From Candidatus Saccharimonadota bacterium (lineage in GTDB: Bacteria; Bacteroidota; Bacteroidia; Cytophagales; Amoebophilaceae), in assembly GCF_003351905.1 (NCBI RefSeq), contig NZ_CP022339.1, positions 840,001 to 872,000 on the forward strand: a DNA stretch of 32,000 nt. Reading direction: 5' to 3'. Positions 7,021-15,850 of the stretch are shown here, piece by piece. The translations under genes were made by a program, and so were the position numbers. The notes under the pieces were generated by a model. That model saw nothing but the letters and a program-made list of their open reading frames with translations. It was not told the origin of the DNA and did no database searches. Each line of letters begins with the position of its first letter. Within the stretch, counting starts at the first letter, position 1.

Positions 7021-8556
7021 TTAGCTGTAGGCAACAACGCTAGGCTTAGGGTCTGTTGTATGCTTAAAGTGGCCCATGGACAGCTGAACAGAGGGTACTA
7101 CTTTCCCTAAGAAAGGGCTATAGCCTATTCTTAACGTCGCGGCCAACCACGACATGGTGACATGTTCTACTTGTAAGCCTATGCCATAACTATCTACCCA
7201 TGTCTGGTTCAATAATGCTTGATTCTGATTATACAGGGCTATAAAATGGACAAACCCAAGACAAGCAAATCGAATGGGAGGGATCATAATGGGGATATGT
7301 AAAGTGCTGTCTAAATGGATAGTAAGCCGCGCATGGATAGGCGCTTGCATGCTATTGTCTTCGTCAGGTAATGCTAAGGATTCGGGATCACGGCGCCTAA
7401 TGCCTAACTGACGTTCCTTGGGCATGCGGTAACCCGCTATATAATCTATGGTAATAAACTGACGTGCGCCTTTGCACGTTTGTATAGGTGGACCAGCATA
7501 GGCCAACGCCAGTTTTAATATCGCTTCTTCGCATCTTTTTTTATTTATAAAAGTTCCTGACGAACAACTTAAATGTAGATATCTAAGCCTAGGGTCTGCG
7601 ATGTTTTTAATACAATGGATGCCTATATATTGTCTATTGTTAAATTTGCCCTTTTGGTAACCATATAGTATTTCTATCGATCCACCCTTGGGTAAAGTTT
7701 CCAAAGCATGCAGTCGGTATACCCCCCTTGTGGTTGTGTAATCAGCAGCTACCCAGCCTACCTTACCCAAAAGAAAACTATTATTTTGGTACGTTGTATT
7801 GCTCATCGCTGTATCAGGTGGGCGTGCGGTGAAGGTTTGCTTACCACTGCTTAACCCAATGATCCAGGAATAGGGCGTGTAGGGTTCCTTTGTTTGTATA
7901 GCGAATAACTTGCCTACCCATAAATTCTTGTAATTAAATTTATAGTTGTAACTGTAGGCAATACCTGTTTGATTGTAACATTGTCCGCCAAGGAAATAGT
8001 TCCCATGCCGATGAGGCAGTTCATATATAAAACCATAGCCCCATCTTTTCTTTAGGAAAAGTTGGTTGCTGAAGCGGTGGCCATAGCCTCCTACATTGTG
8101 ATGCGTTAGGGTACACAATGGTCCCTCATCTAGACTTACATCGACCGTTATAGGAAATTGATCCTTGGTCTCTATGATCAGGTCCGATAGCATCGTTGCA
8201 CTATTTCTTTTTACCTGTTTACAAGTAACAGAAACAGTTGAAAAGTAGGGTAGTGCCATTAAGCGTTGCTTAATAGCCAAGCGTGTTTGCGCATCAAAAG
8301 TTACACCAGGTGCCAAGGAAATATAGCTACGTATGAGCGAAGCATGTGTAGTAGGGGTCAGCCATCGCAACAAACGTAAGTAAGGGTATGATGGCGTTGG
8401 CGCTATAGCGCCTGTAGATGTTATGGTTATCGTTCTAAGTGTATAAACAGCAGAGGCGTCTGCCTTAGATGGCATACAAAAGGAAAACATCCATCCAGCT
8501 GTTAAGCCTATAAACTGTGCGATACCCTTAGCTTTTTTGCGCATGGATGTAACCAT
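7021..8556 (-). CDS. Putative outer-membrane beta-barrel protein with a POTRA-like N-domain (Omp85/BamA-TamA-like)
   Basis: 511 aa with a signal-like N-terminus. There is a POTRA-like segment IRSYISLAPGVTFDAQTRLAIKQRLMALPYFSTVSVTC...DLIIETKDQFPITVDVSLDEG. The rest is Gly/Tyr/aromatic-rich with alternating-pattern sequence. No search was run. Confidence 0.45.
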   Translation of the reverse strand: MVTSMRKKAKGIAQFIGLTAGWMFSFCMPSKADASAVYTLRTITITSTGAIAPTPSYPYLRLLRWLTPTTHASLIRSYISLAPGVTFDAQTRLAIKQRLMALPYFSTVSVTCKQVKRNSATMLSDLIIETKDQFPITVDVSLDEGPLCTLTHHNVGGYGHRFSNQLFLKKRWGYGFIYELPHRHGNYFLGGQCYNQTGIAYSYNYKFNYKNLWVGKLFAIQTKEPYTPYSWIIGLSSGKQTFTARPPDTAMSNTTYQNNSFLLGKVGWVAADYTTTRGVYRLHALETLPKGGSIEILYGYQKGKFNNRQYIGIHCIKNIADPRLRYLHLSCSSGTFINKKRCEEAILKLALAYAGPPIQTCKGARQFITIDYIAGYRMPKERQLGIRRRDPESLALPDEDNSMQAPIHARLTIHLDSTLHIPIMIPPIRFACLGFVHFIALYNQNQALLNQTWVDSYGIGLQVEHVTMSWLAATLRIGYSPFLGKVVPSVQLSMGHFKHTTDPKPSVVAYS

Positions 8557-8764
8557 TTGAAACGTTATAATGCTATATAAGTGGTTCGGGCTGCAATCTA
8601 GGATAAGGAGTTATGTTGAACCAATAACACCTTATTACCTAGAAGTGATTCCCAAAACCATATAAAAAGATGTAGGATGCTGCGATCAGCTTACAAATCA
8701 AGGCCTACATGAACTGCATCTACTACAGATAGCGCGTTATAGGTTGCTTGACTTGCTCCAAGCC

Positions 8765-8986
8765 TTAATATTCATCTTCATTAAAGATAAAATCATCCCC
8801 TGTTGGGTAGTCAGGCCATATTTCTTCAATCGAGGTATATGGATAATCATCATCATCCAATTCCTCTAGATTTCTAATCACCTCAAAAGGGGCGCCTGAT
8901 CGTTTGGCATAGTCTATCAATTCATCCTTAGTAGCTGGCCAAGGGGCATCTTCTAAATGCGATACTAATTCAAGTGTCCAATACAT
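8765..8986 (-). CDS. DUF2795-like small acidic protein
   Basis: 73 aa. APWPATKDELIDYAKRSGAPFEVIRNLEEL matches the fPAxKxeLixxAxxxGA pattern of DUF2795 proteins. Confidence 0.5.
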   Translation of the reverse strand: MYWTLELVSHLEDAPWPATKDELIDYAKRSGAPFEVIRNLEELDDDDYPYTSIEEIWPDYPTGDDFIFNEDEY

Positions 8987-9134
8987 AATGTAAAAGCGAA
9001 AAATAAATTAAATTTAAACTGCGTCGGATAGGCTTTAGGCCTATCTTTTAGCAGGCAAAAATAGCGCAATTTTCAAATTCATACAAGCAATTACCACTCT
9101 ATTGCTTGTGATGACTAGGCAATTGTTTGAAGCG

Positions 9135-9152
9135 CACCTTAACGTTAAGGTG
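9135..9152. promoter_or_regulatory. Perfect 18-bp palindrome 29 nt upstream of the permease gene (candidate operator)
   Basis: caccttaacgttaaggtg is its own reverse complement. Confidence 0.3.
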
Positions 9153-9180
9153 TATGGCTACGCTACAGATAGTATAATTT

Positions 9181-10407
9181 ATGCAAATTTCTTTTTTTCT
9201 TGCCAGGCGTTACGTTAAAAAGCATGGCCACACTACATTAATCTATAGGTTATCTAGACTTTCTTGCTACAGTATGGCATTGGGTAGCGCTATTTTAGTA
9301 CTTATCTTGTCTACCATGAATGGAATGGAAAAGGTACTGTCCAATTTGTTTGATACCTATACACCTGCCTTAAAAATAGAACCCAAGATCGGTCAAACAT
9401 TTATCTGCGATGCCGAATTAAAAGGTCATATCATAAATCTTTCTGGTGTAGCAGATATTGTAGAAGTATTAGAGGCCACTGCACTGGTACGGTTGCATCG
9501 TCAGCAAGCCATTGTGACGTTTAAAGGTGTTTCTAACAACTTTACAGCAAGTGATTTTTATAGAAACGCTACCTGGATGGATGGGGTTACTTTTTTGCGG
9601 GATGGTAGCCCACAAGCTATTGCAGGCATCTTGATTGGCCAATTTTTACAATGGACGCCTCATAGCAATCGGGTAGAGGTTTTTTATCCAAAACAGGGTG
9701 GTTACCTGCTTTGTAAGCCCTACAAGCGCATGACTTTGGCGGTGCATGGCCTCTTCTCTATAGCGCGGAAAATTGATGGCCAATATATCATTGCTCCTAT
9801 GGATTTTGTCGAGGCGTTGACAGGTGGCCGTCATCAACGTACCCATTGGGAAGTGGTCCTCGAAGAGACCGCGGACCTGGCAACCATACAAGCCCGCATA
9901 CAGCAAGTATTGCCAGATGGCTATAGCGTGACCCATCGAGATGAACAAAATGTACCACGTCGTAGGGCTATCTTCATAGAACGCCTTTCTGTCTGTTTTA
10001 TTTTTGCTTTGGTATTGCTTTTGGCTGCACTGCATATTTTCTTTATGTTATGTATGTTGATTGTGCATAAGCAAAAAGATATAGCGATGCTTGCTGCACT
10101 TGGTGCGACGCCAGGTCAAATAGGTAAGCTTATATGCTATAATGGCCTCTTGGTATCTTTAGAAGGTATGCTATATGGACTGATTATAGGGTGGGGTTTA
10201 GGCTTTTTGCAGCAAAAGTTTGGCATCATTACCCTTACTAGGGTGCGTAGTAGGATCCCGTATCCGATAGAAATGCATGGAGTGGATTGCCTATATACAG
10301 CTATGATAACCACTGTATTTAGTATGTTGGCTACCCTTTGGCCCGTGAAATGCGCTATGCAATTAGCCAGAAAGTCATTGCGTGGTACCAGTCTCATCGA
10401 GAGATAA
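9181..10407 (+). CDS. FtsX-like ABC transporter permease (LolC/LolE-type)
   Basis: 408 aa. The architecture is an N-terminal FLARRYVKK plus TM1, a large periplasmic loop, then three C-terminal TM helices, as in FtsX/LolCE permeases. Confidence 0.7.
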   Translation: MQISFFLARRYVKKHGHTTLIYRLSRLSCYSMALGSAILVLILSTMNGMEKVLSNLFDTYTPALKIEPKIGQTFICDAELKGHIINLSGVADIVEVLEATALVRLHRQQAIVTFKGVSNNFTASDFYRNATWMDGVTFLRDGSPQAIAGILIGQFLQWTPHSNRVEVFYPKQGGYLLCKPYKRMTLAVHGLFSIARKIDGQYIIAPMDFVEALTGGRHQRTHWEVVLEETADLATIQARIQQVLPDGYSVTHRDEQNVPRRRAIFIERLSVCFIFALVLLLAALHIFFMLCMLIVHKQKDIAMLAALGATPGQIGKLICYNGLLVSLEGMLYGLIIGWGLGFLQQKFGIITLTRVRSRIPYPIEMHGVDCLYTAMITTVFSMLATLWPVKCAMQLARKSLRGTSLIER

Positions 10408-10416
10408 GCGAAAGAG

Positions 10417-11442
10417 ATGAAAAAAATAATTATTATTAATTTAATAAGTTTATGTGGCTTGATGGGGTTTAAATGCAAGCATGTTGATGCTACTATTCCT
10501 GTCGTGGAGCAAACTGCTTCTAAAATTTCCCTCACATCGAATCGCACCAAGCCTAGTGCGCACAACCATCTTACTGGAGATGACGCTATAGTGCATCCAA
10601 TTGTAAGTTACGATGTTAAAAATGATCAATTAAGCAGGTATTATTTATTTAAACCTACACCAGCCTCTGGATTGGACCATGCGTTATGGGAAGAAGAGAA
10701 TCACAATAAGGCTAGCCATCAAAAACTTTTCAATTGGTTTGCAAAAATTATCCCTCAGCAATACAGGGAAGGGATCAAGTATTTTGCCATAATTGATCCA
10801 CGACAAAGCAATGCAGAAGAAGTTGTATGTGCCGCTATAGGTCCGCAAAGCCAAGCATCTATAGAGCCTTTCTGTCTATATATGGCATTTGATCTAGAAG
10901 GTTATAGGGATCTTCCTTACTTATTAAGCGATAATAGCCTAAGCTGTAACTGGTTGGTGTATATATTGCTCCATGAATTTGGTCACTATTTGACTATGAA
11001 TGAAGCACAACAAGCGCTTATAGAAGGCGCTTTTGTTCCCAAAAAAAATTCAATTTGTGAACAAATTTGGTTTAGACCTGCTTATAAAAAGCTGGCAACT
11101 TGTAGTAACGAGGTAGCATTGGCTCGATGCAAAGAAGAACTCTTCAAACAAGGAGAGTTCATTACAGAATATGCGGCCAATTCTTGTTTAGAAGACGCTG
11201 CTGAAACTTTTGCCTATTTTGTGCTCACGGACGAACGCCCACAACCAGGCGTTAGTGGCGCAAAAGATAAGATTCTGTTATTTTATGAAAATGAACAAAT
11301 GGTCAACATCCGAGAGGATATTCGGGAAAATCTCAAAAAACTAGGCATCGCTCCTAGAGTATCAAATATATTGATCCACTGTTCAAAACTCCTAACGAAG
11401 GCAAAAGAAAAACTCAAAAAACTAATAGGAAGAGCAATGTGA
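10417..11442 (+). CDS. Secreted putative zinc-binding metallopeptidase
   Basis: 341 aa. Signal peptide MKKIIIINLISLCGLMGF, HExxH motif LLHEFGHYLT, and a downstream EDAAETFAYF motif of the kind seen in putative zinc-binding metallopeptidases. Confidence 0.55.
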   Translation: MKKIIIINLISLCGLMGFKCKHVDATIPVVEQTASKISLTSNRTKPSAHNHLTGDDAIVHPIVSYDVKNDQLSRYYLFKPTPASGLDHALWEEENHNKASHQKLFNWFAKIIPQQYREGIKYFAIIDPRQSNAEEVVCAAIGPQSQASIEPFCLYMAFDLEGYRDLPYLLSDNSLSCNWLVYILLHEFGHYLTMNEAQQALIEGAFVPKKNSICEQIWFRPAYKKLATCSNEVALARCKEELFKQGEFITEYAANSCLEDAAETFAYFVLTDERPQPGVSGAKDKILLFYENEQMVNIREDIRENLKKLGIAPRVSNILIHCSKLLTKAKEKLKKLIGRAM

Positions 11443-11699
11443 GGGGTCAATGGTGTCAATTTAAGGGAGATATTTTATTATTTTTACTGTGTGCCCAATT
11501 CCTTTATAGGCAGCTACCATGCCAGTAATATACTAATTGCATGGAGTATATAAGCATTTATATATGCATTCATTTTATTGCCCTTGCCTTCCATTACGTC
11601 AATGTAAAGCGCTTCTCGCTCAAGGAGGTGCCAAAAATTTAATTAAAACTAATCTAAATAATTATTAAAAACCAGATAAAAAAAATAGTTGTTGCTGAT

Positions 11700-12035
11700 A
11701 TGTTGGGCTTATTATATAGTCTAATGTTGGCTGGATGTAGCCAATCTGGAGCTAGTATGATGGGATCAGTTGGGTCTATAAAAAAGCAATCTAATTACGA
11801 AAAATGTTGCAAGTGGATTAAGGACATCCTGCATCGCATAGGTGTTAGTTACCCTATAATTGTAGAATATAAAATTGTCGGCGATCAGCTTAAACGTGAA
11901 CATACATGCAAATATAAACAGGACTGTGGACTTGATAAGCATCAATGGGAAATAGAAAAAAAAATCAAGATAAACACCAAGGAATTTGGAACTGTGTTGC
12001 GAATATTATCAATAAAGAATATAGAAAACAAGTAA
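11700..12035 (+). CDS. Small lipoprotein, possibly a truncated paralog of the upstream metallopeptidase N-domain
   Basis: Lipobox LMLAGCSQ. YPIIVEYKIVGDQLKREHTCKYKQDCGLDKHQWEIEKK aligns by eye with HPIVSYDVKNDQLSRYYLFKPTPASGLDHALWEEENH of 10417..11442. It lacks the HExxH part. Confidence 0.35.
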   Translation: MLGLLYSLMLAGCSQSGASMMGSVGSIKKQSNYEKCCKWIKDILHRIGVSYPIIVEYKIVGDQLKREHTCKYKQDCGLDKHQWEIEKKIKINTKEFGTVLRILSIKNIENK

Positions 12036-12088
12036 ATCGTTTAGTCGTATTCGCTCTAAATAAGAATATACTCGCATATATGGGATCG

Positions 12089-12445
12089 CTAGCTGATCCA
12101 TAAGTGATCAAGGAATGCAATATACGAATTTTCTGTTATATATAAGGGCACTAAATCATATAAGGCTCTCAACCTTTCTTTATAAGGGTTTATATTTCTG
12201 AAAAACTCATGTAAACCTAGGCGACCCTCAAGTGGCTTGATAAAGTTTATACAACCTAGAATAGATAAAGAAGAAAAATAACCTAGACTTTTTGGGTTTA
12301 TAGACTTTTTTTGATCTGACACGGCATATCCACCCGAAAACTTACCACAACCAGTAGTAAATACTAAAGATGATCCCAAAATTAATCCGGTTGTTAATTG
12401 GGAAAATAAAGCCTGTGTTATATGTTTTTTAACTTTTTTATGCAC
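12089..12445 (-). CDS. Hypothetical lipoprotein
   Basis: 118 aa with an N-terminal signal and lipobox-like VFTTGCGK. No recognisable domain. Confidence 0.4.
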   Translation of the reverse strand: MHKKVKKHITQALFSQLTTGLILGSSLVFTTGCGKFSGGYAVSDQKKSINPKSLGYFSSLSILGCINFIKPLEGRLGLHEFFRNINPYKERLRALYDLVPLYITENSYIAFLDHLWIS

Positions 12446-12510
12446 AATAAGTGAAGTTTTATAGTAGTTCTGCTTTCCCTCCTACCTACTCAATGCCTGG
12501 CCACTCCTAT

Positions 12511-12678
12511 TCAGAATTTACCATTTCTGTGTATTTTACTTTTCAGGATATGCTGTATTAAATCCTGTCTTAGCTTCTCACTATATAGATCTGCAATAGC
12601 TTCTTTATCTTCTTTAGCAACCGATTCTGATTGAAATTGTAGCTTATTGATTCTTTCTACCAGTTCTCCCATTGCCAT
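12511..12678 (-). CDS. Hypothetical 55-aa helical protein (below the ORF-track length cutoff)
   Basis: ATG 12678 gives MAMGELVERINKLQFQSESVAKEDKEAIADLYSEKLRQDLIQHILKSKIHRNGKF*. It lies on the same strand between two neighbouring minus-strand ORFs. Confidence 0.25.
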   Translation of the reverse strand: MAMGELVERINKLQFQSESVAKEDKEAIADLYSEKLRQDLIQHILKSKIHRNGKF

Positions 12679-12732
12679 TATATTGTTATTTTTGAGGCTT
12701 TTTAGTTGAAAATATTTGACCGGGTCATCTTT

Positions 12733-13587
12733 TTAAAATCTTGGATCAACTAGTGTTTTATCTATCTGTCTATTTTGCGCCTCTAGATTTTTGATTTGTT
12801 CTTTATAGATAGGTATTAGCTTATTATTGCATTCTTTAGCCGCTATTTTAATTTGATCTGAGCGGCGCAATTCTCTTTGTATATCAGAGCAAAGTCCATT
12901 TAAATTTTTTGAACGCTTTACATTTAGGAAATTACTACTTCTACCAGTAAAAGCATCTATCCTACCTAAGAGAGACTTTTCTCTGAAGTACGAAAAAGAA
13001 CAATCTCTCTTAAGCGCTCTAGTACAATCTAAACTAGGAATATAATCACTTGGGTTTAAACTAATACCTTTAATACTTCTCCCATGTTTGAGTTCCTGAG
13101 TGCCATAGACATGGCCTGAAATAAAACTATTTTTTACTTTTAAAGCCTTTTTTCTGCCTTTTCTTTCAAAGGATACTGGAAAGTAGTTTTTTTCCTGTTT
13201 AGGAGAAGGAACTATCTTGTTAACTTTTTGAACTACCCTTTCAGGCTTAACGATAATTTTTTTAGTTGCTTTAACAGGTTCTGGTAGAGGAGACTCTGAT
13301 TTAACGTTTGATACTGCTTCTTGGTCCGCTTTCTTGACATTGTTTAGCATATCTTCAAATAAAGAAAAACGTACTTTTTCTGATTTAGATTGACCGAATC
13401 CTTTCATTCTTTGATTGGTTTCTTTAGTAATCGATAAGGGTTCTGCTTTTTCCAATAGCTTACAAGGTTTAGGAGGAGGCGCTACAAAAAAATCATGCCA
13501 ACTTTTTGTTTTGCTCACATCCCTGAGCACTACCCAAGCAAAAACCAACAAGCCAGCCAATCCAAAACTTAATTGCTTTTTGTTCAT
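12733..13587 (-). CDS. Hypothetical membrane-anchored Lys-rich protein with a C-terminal coiled coil
   Basis: 284 aa with an N-terminal TM segment LSFGLAGLLVFAWVVL. The middle is basic and low-complexity, and the C-terminus is heptad-like (IPIYKEQIKNLEAQNRQIDK). Confidence 0.45.
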   Translation of the reverse strand: MNKKQLSFGLAGLLVFAWVVLRDVSKTKSWHDFFVAPPPKPCKLLEKAEPLSITKETNQRMKGFGQSKSEKVRFSLFEDMLNNVKKADQEAVSNVKSESPLPEPVKATKKIIVKPERVVQKVNKIVPSPKQEKNYFPVSFERKGRKKALKVKNSFISGHVYGTQELKHGRSIKGISLNPSDYIPSLDCTRALKRDCSFSYFREKSLLGRIDAFTGRSSNFLNVKRSKNLNGLCSDIQRELRRSDQIKIAAKECNNKLIPIYKEQIKNLEAQNRQIDKTLVDPRF

Positions 13588-13592
13588 AGGAA

Positions 13593-13922
13593 CTAAACTT
13601 CTTTAGGGTCTGGCATCAGACAGGGTATACTTAGCAACAATCTATTAGGTAGATTCAAGCTTAAATCCCTACGTCCTTTTTTCTCTTCAAAACAGACAAT
13701 GATACCTGATTTTTCTACCTTATGTTTAATCACAAAAACCATAGGAATGATCTCTCCAGGGGCTACTACCATACGCTTAGGCTTGAGTGTAGTAGGAATA
13801 GTGGTTTTGTCTTTGTTGTTACCTACAAAGTAAATGTTCCCTACTTTGTAGTTATAAGGAGAGTTGTTTTTCAATATAAATTTTAAAACAGTCGCTTCTC
13901 CTGTGCTAACCGCGTTGCTCAA
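13593..13922 (-). CDS. Hypothetical protein; possible C-terminal fragment of a TraN/DUF4138-like conjugative-transposon protein
   Basis: 109 aa with a TTG start. VLKFILKNNSPYNYKVGNIYF...IIVCFEEKKGRRDLSLNL recalls the remembered DUF4138 pattern lxNxSxxxYxidxixF ... ixEkxGgRxlxlxi. It lies about 75 nt from an IS110 remnant end. Confidence 0.3.
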   Translation of the reverse strand: MSNAVSTGEATVLKFILKNNSPYNYKVGNIYFVGNNKDKTTIPTTLKPKRMVVAPGEIIPMVFVIKHKVEKSGIIVCFEEKKGRRDLSLNLPNRLLLSIPCLMPDPKEV

Positions 13923-13998
13923 AAAACAACTTACTTTTTGTTTAGTCTGATGAAAGCGTTTAATATTTGGTTATTCCTGAGATACATATGCTAGTTAA

Positions 13999-14049
13999 GA
14001 TGTGGAGCTTGTGGATAACTTTGAAAAAGTTATCCATCAAATCCACATC
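13999..14049. repeat. IS110 left-end terminal hairpin (remnant copy)
   Basis: gatgtgga-gctt-gtggataactt-tgaaa-aagttatccat-caaa-tccacatc, with inner and outer stems both complementary. Confidence 0.65.
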
Positions 14050-14335
14050 TTAGAGAAAGGTCTAGATTTGTCGGGTTGCAACCCAAAGATTGTGTTGATT
14101 AAATATTAAAGCTAGCAGGTGACTTGAAGGCAACTGGACTTTAAGTTAATTAATAGTCGAAAACAGAGTAAGTACCTGCTTAGCCTTATTTTTGCTTTGA
14201 ACAAATAGCAGAAGAAGTTGTTACCAACTGTCTTGTACGATAAGAATAAAGAAATATAAATATAATATAAAATGAACACAACACTCGGTTTAGACGTCAG
14301 TAAATACCGTTCAACTTGGGTTTTTTTTAGATCGG
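13999..14335 (+). mobile_element. Truncated IS110-family element (left-end hairpin, 5' leader, about 10-20 transposase codons)
   Basis: The region 14150-14300 aligns with the reverse complement of 19600-19760, for example gaacaaatagcagaagaagttg...ctgtcttgtacgataagaataa...aatataatataaaatgaaca. It encodes MNTTLGLDVSK versus MNRILGLDIGK in the full copy, after which homology is lost. Confidence 0.7.
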
Positions 14336-14610
14336 CTAGAGGCCTATTTGGTCTATTTGAATGTAGTAAGCAAAATAACGCATGCCATGATTCGACCTTG
14401 TATGCGCACTAGAGAGGCCTACTTAGCCGATAATGTAGGCCCTCCTACCACTGAGGCCTCCAAAGAGATAGTAGGGGATGCTTTGCCTGTAAAATAATGA
14501 TGGTAAGGATGCATTTAATGCAATCATGCACGCTATTCAATATTTTTGGTTATTTTTGATCCTATATTGGTCTGCACTTTTGCGACAGCAAAATAAATCA
14601 CCCCTTTAAA

Positions 14611-15828
14611 GTGGCCGTGGTGCCCACTAATAGGGATCAATATAATATTTATATGACAATGGTTTTTAGTATGTTTCGGTTCAGATATTTGTTTTTTATA
14701 TGGTTGTCATTGGCTTCCTTTGCAGGTCTTCGTCGCAATCACCCTACCAGTCAATCTCCCGGTAAGGTAAGCCAGACGACAGGGCGTCCTTTTAACCAGC
14801 CAGATACCCTTTCGGTAGTTCCTTGTAAGGCAAGGCCACCTATTCCAGGTATGGTCTATATTGAGGGAGGGTATATGATCATGGGTAACTTAGGTGAAGA
14901 TAAACTGGGTACAGGGGGTTGTTGTGCCAAGCCTGTTACCGTTAATTCTTTTTGGATGGATGAAACACCTGTTACCAATTTGGCCTATAGAGAATACCTC
15001 TATGATTTGAAACAGCGTGGCTTGATGGAACAATATCAGGCTGCTATGCCCAATCAGCAAGTTTTTATAGAGCACTTTAGCTACAATGACCCATTGGTAG
15101 ACAATTATTTATATGCACCTGGTTTTATGTACTATCCTGTTGTGGGCGTCAGTTGGGAGCAAGCTATGAAATATTGTGCGTGGCGGACCGAGAAACTTCA
15201 TGAGGCGATTAAGAAACGCAAAGGAAGTCCAGTTCCCGATCCTGATCCTGATGCGGGATCCTCGAATGGTGAAGATGAACCAAAGTTTATGGTTCGGTTG
15301 CCTACTGAAGTAGAATTTGAATATGCTGCGCGTGGTGTAGTGGGCGCACCGGATATAAGCTATTTACAAAGTCATCAGCGCAACTACCCTTGGGATGGAT
15401 CTTCTCCAAGAGGAAAAAATGGTCGGTTTTTAGCTAATTTTAAGCGCGGTAAAGGCAATTATAAGGGAATGGCTGGTGAATCTGACCATTCGGCACCAAC
15501 TTCTAACGTCTATGCCTACCCTCCTAATGCAGTTGGTCTTCGCGATATAATGGGTAATGTCTGTTGTTGGACACTTGATACCTATAGGCGCATACAAGAT
15601 ACAAGTGATTTAAATCCAGTTAGGCGTGATGGTTTTTTGGATCCTGCTGCGCACTATAGTGCAACCCATAAGGCTTCCCTGGTGAATGATGATGCAAAAG
15701 TCTATAAAGGCTGTTCTTGGGCAGACTGTGCCTATTTTTTACAAATAGGTACCCGCCGGTATTTGAATAAAGATTCGGCTACGGCTACCATTGGTTTCCG
15801 GTGTGTGGTTTCCAGCTTAGGGCAGTAA
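14611..15828 (+). CDS. FGE-sulfatase (SUMF1) domain protein, GldJ/GldK-like
   Basis: 405 aa. Motifs are GMVYIEGGYMIMG, VTVNSFWMDETPVTNLAYREYL, YYPVVGVSWEQAMKYCAWRT, RLPTEVEFEYAARG, GNVCCW and IGFRCV. The GTG at 14611 is probably too early; ATG at 14653 (MTMVFSMFRFRYLFFIWLSLASFAG, signal peptide) is the likelier start. Confidence 0.65.
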   Translation: MAVVPTNRDQYNIYMTMVFSMFRFRYLFFIWLSLASFAGLRRNHPTSQSPGKVSQTTGRPFNQPDTLSVVPCKARPPIPGMVYIEGGYMIMGNLGEDKLGTGGCCAKPVTVNSFWMDETPVTNLAYREYLYDLKQRGLMEQYQAAMPNQQVFIEHFSYNDPLVDNYLYAPGFMYYPVVGVSWEQAMKYCAWRTEKLHEAIKKRKGSPVPDPDPDAGSSNGEDEPKFMVRLPTEVEFEYAARGVVGAPDISYLQSHQRNYPWDGSSPRGKNGRFLANFKRGKGNYKGMAGESDHSAPTSNVYAYPPNAVGLRDIMGNVCCWTLDTYRRIQDTSDLNPVRRDGFLDPAAHYSATHKASLVNDDAKVYKGCSWADCAYFLQIGTRRYLNKDSATATIGFRCVVSSLGQ

Positions 15829-15850
15829 TAGATGCTGGGTCAGCCTATTT

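Noticed and set aside
9646-10565. Minus-strand ORFs 9646..10035 and 10137..10565
   Set aside because: They are antisense to the well-supported FtsX-like permease and metallopeptidase genes and have no motifs.
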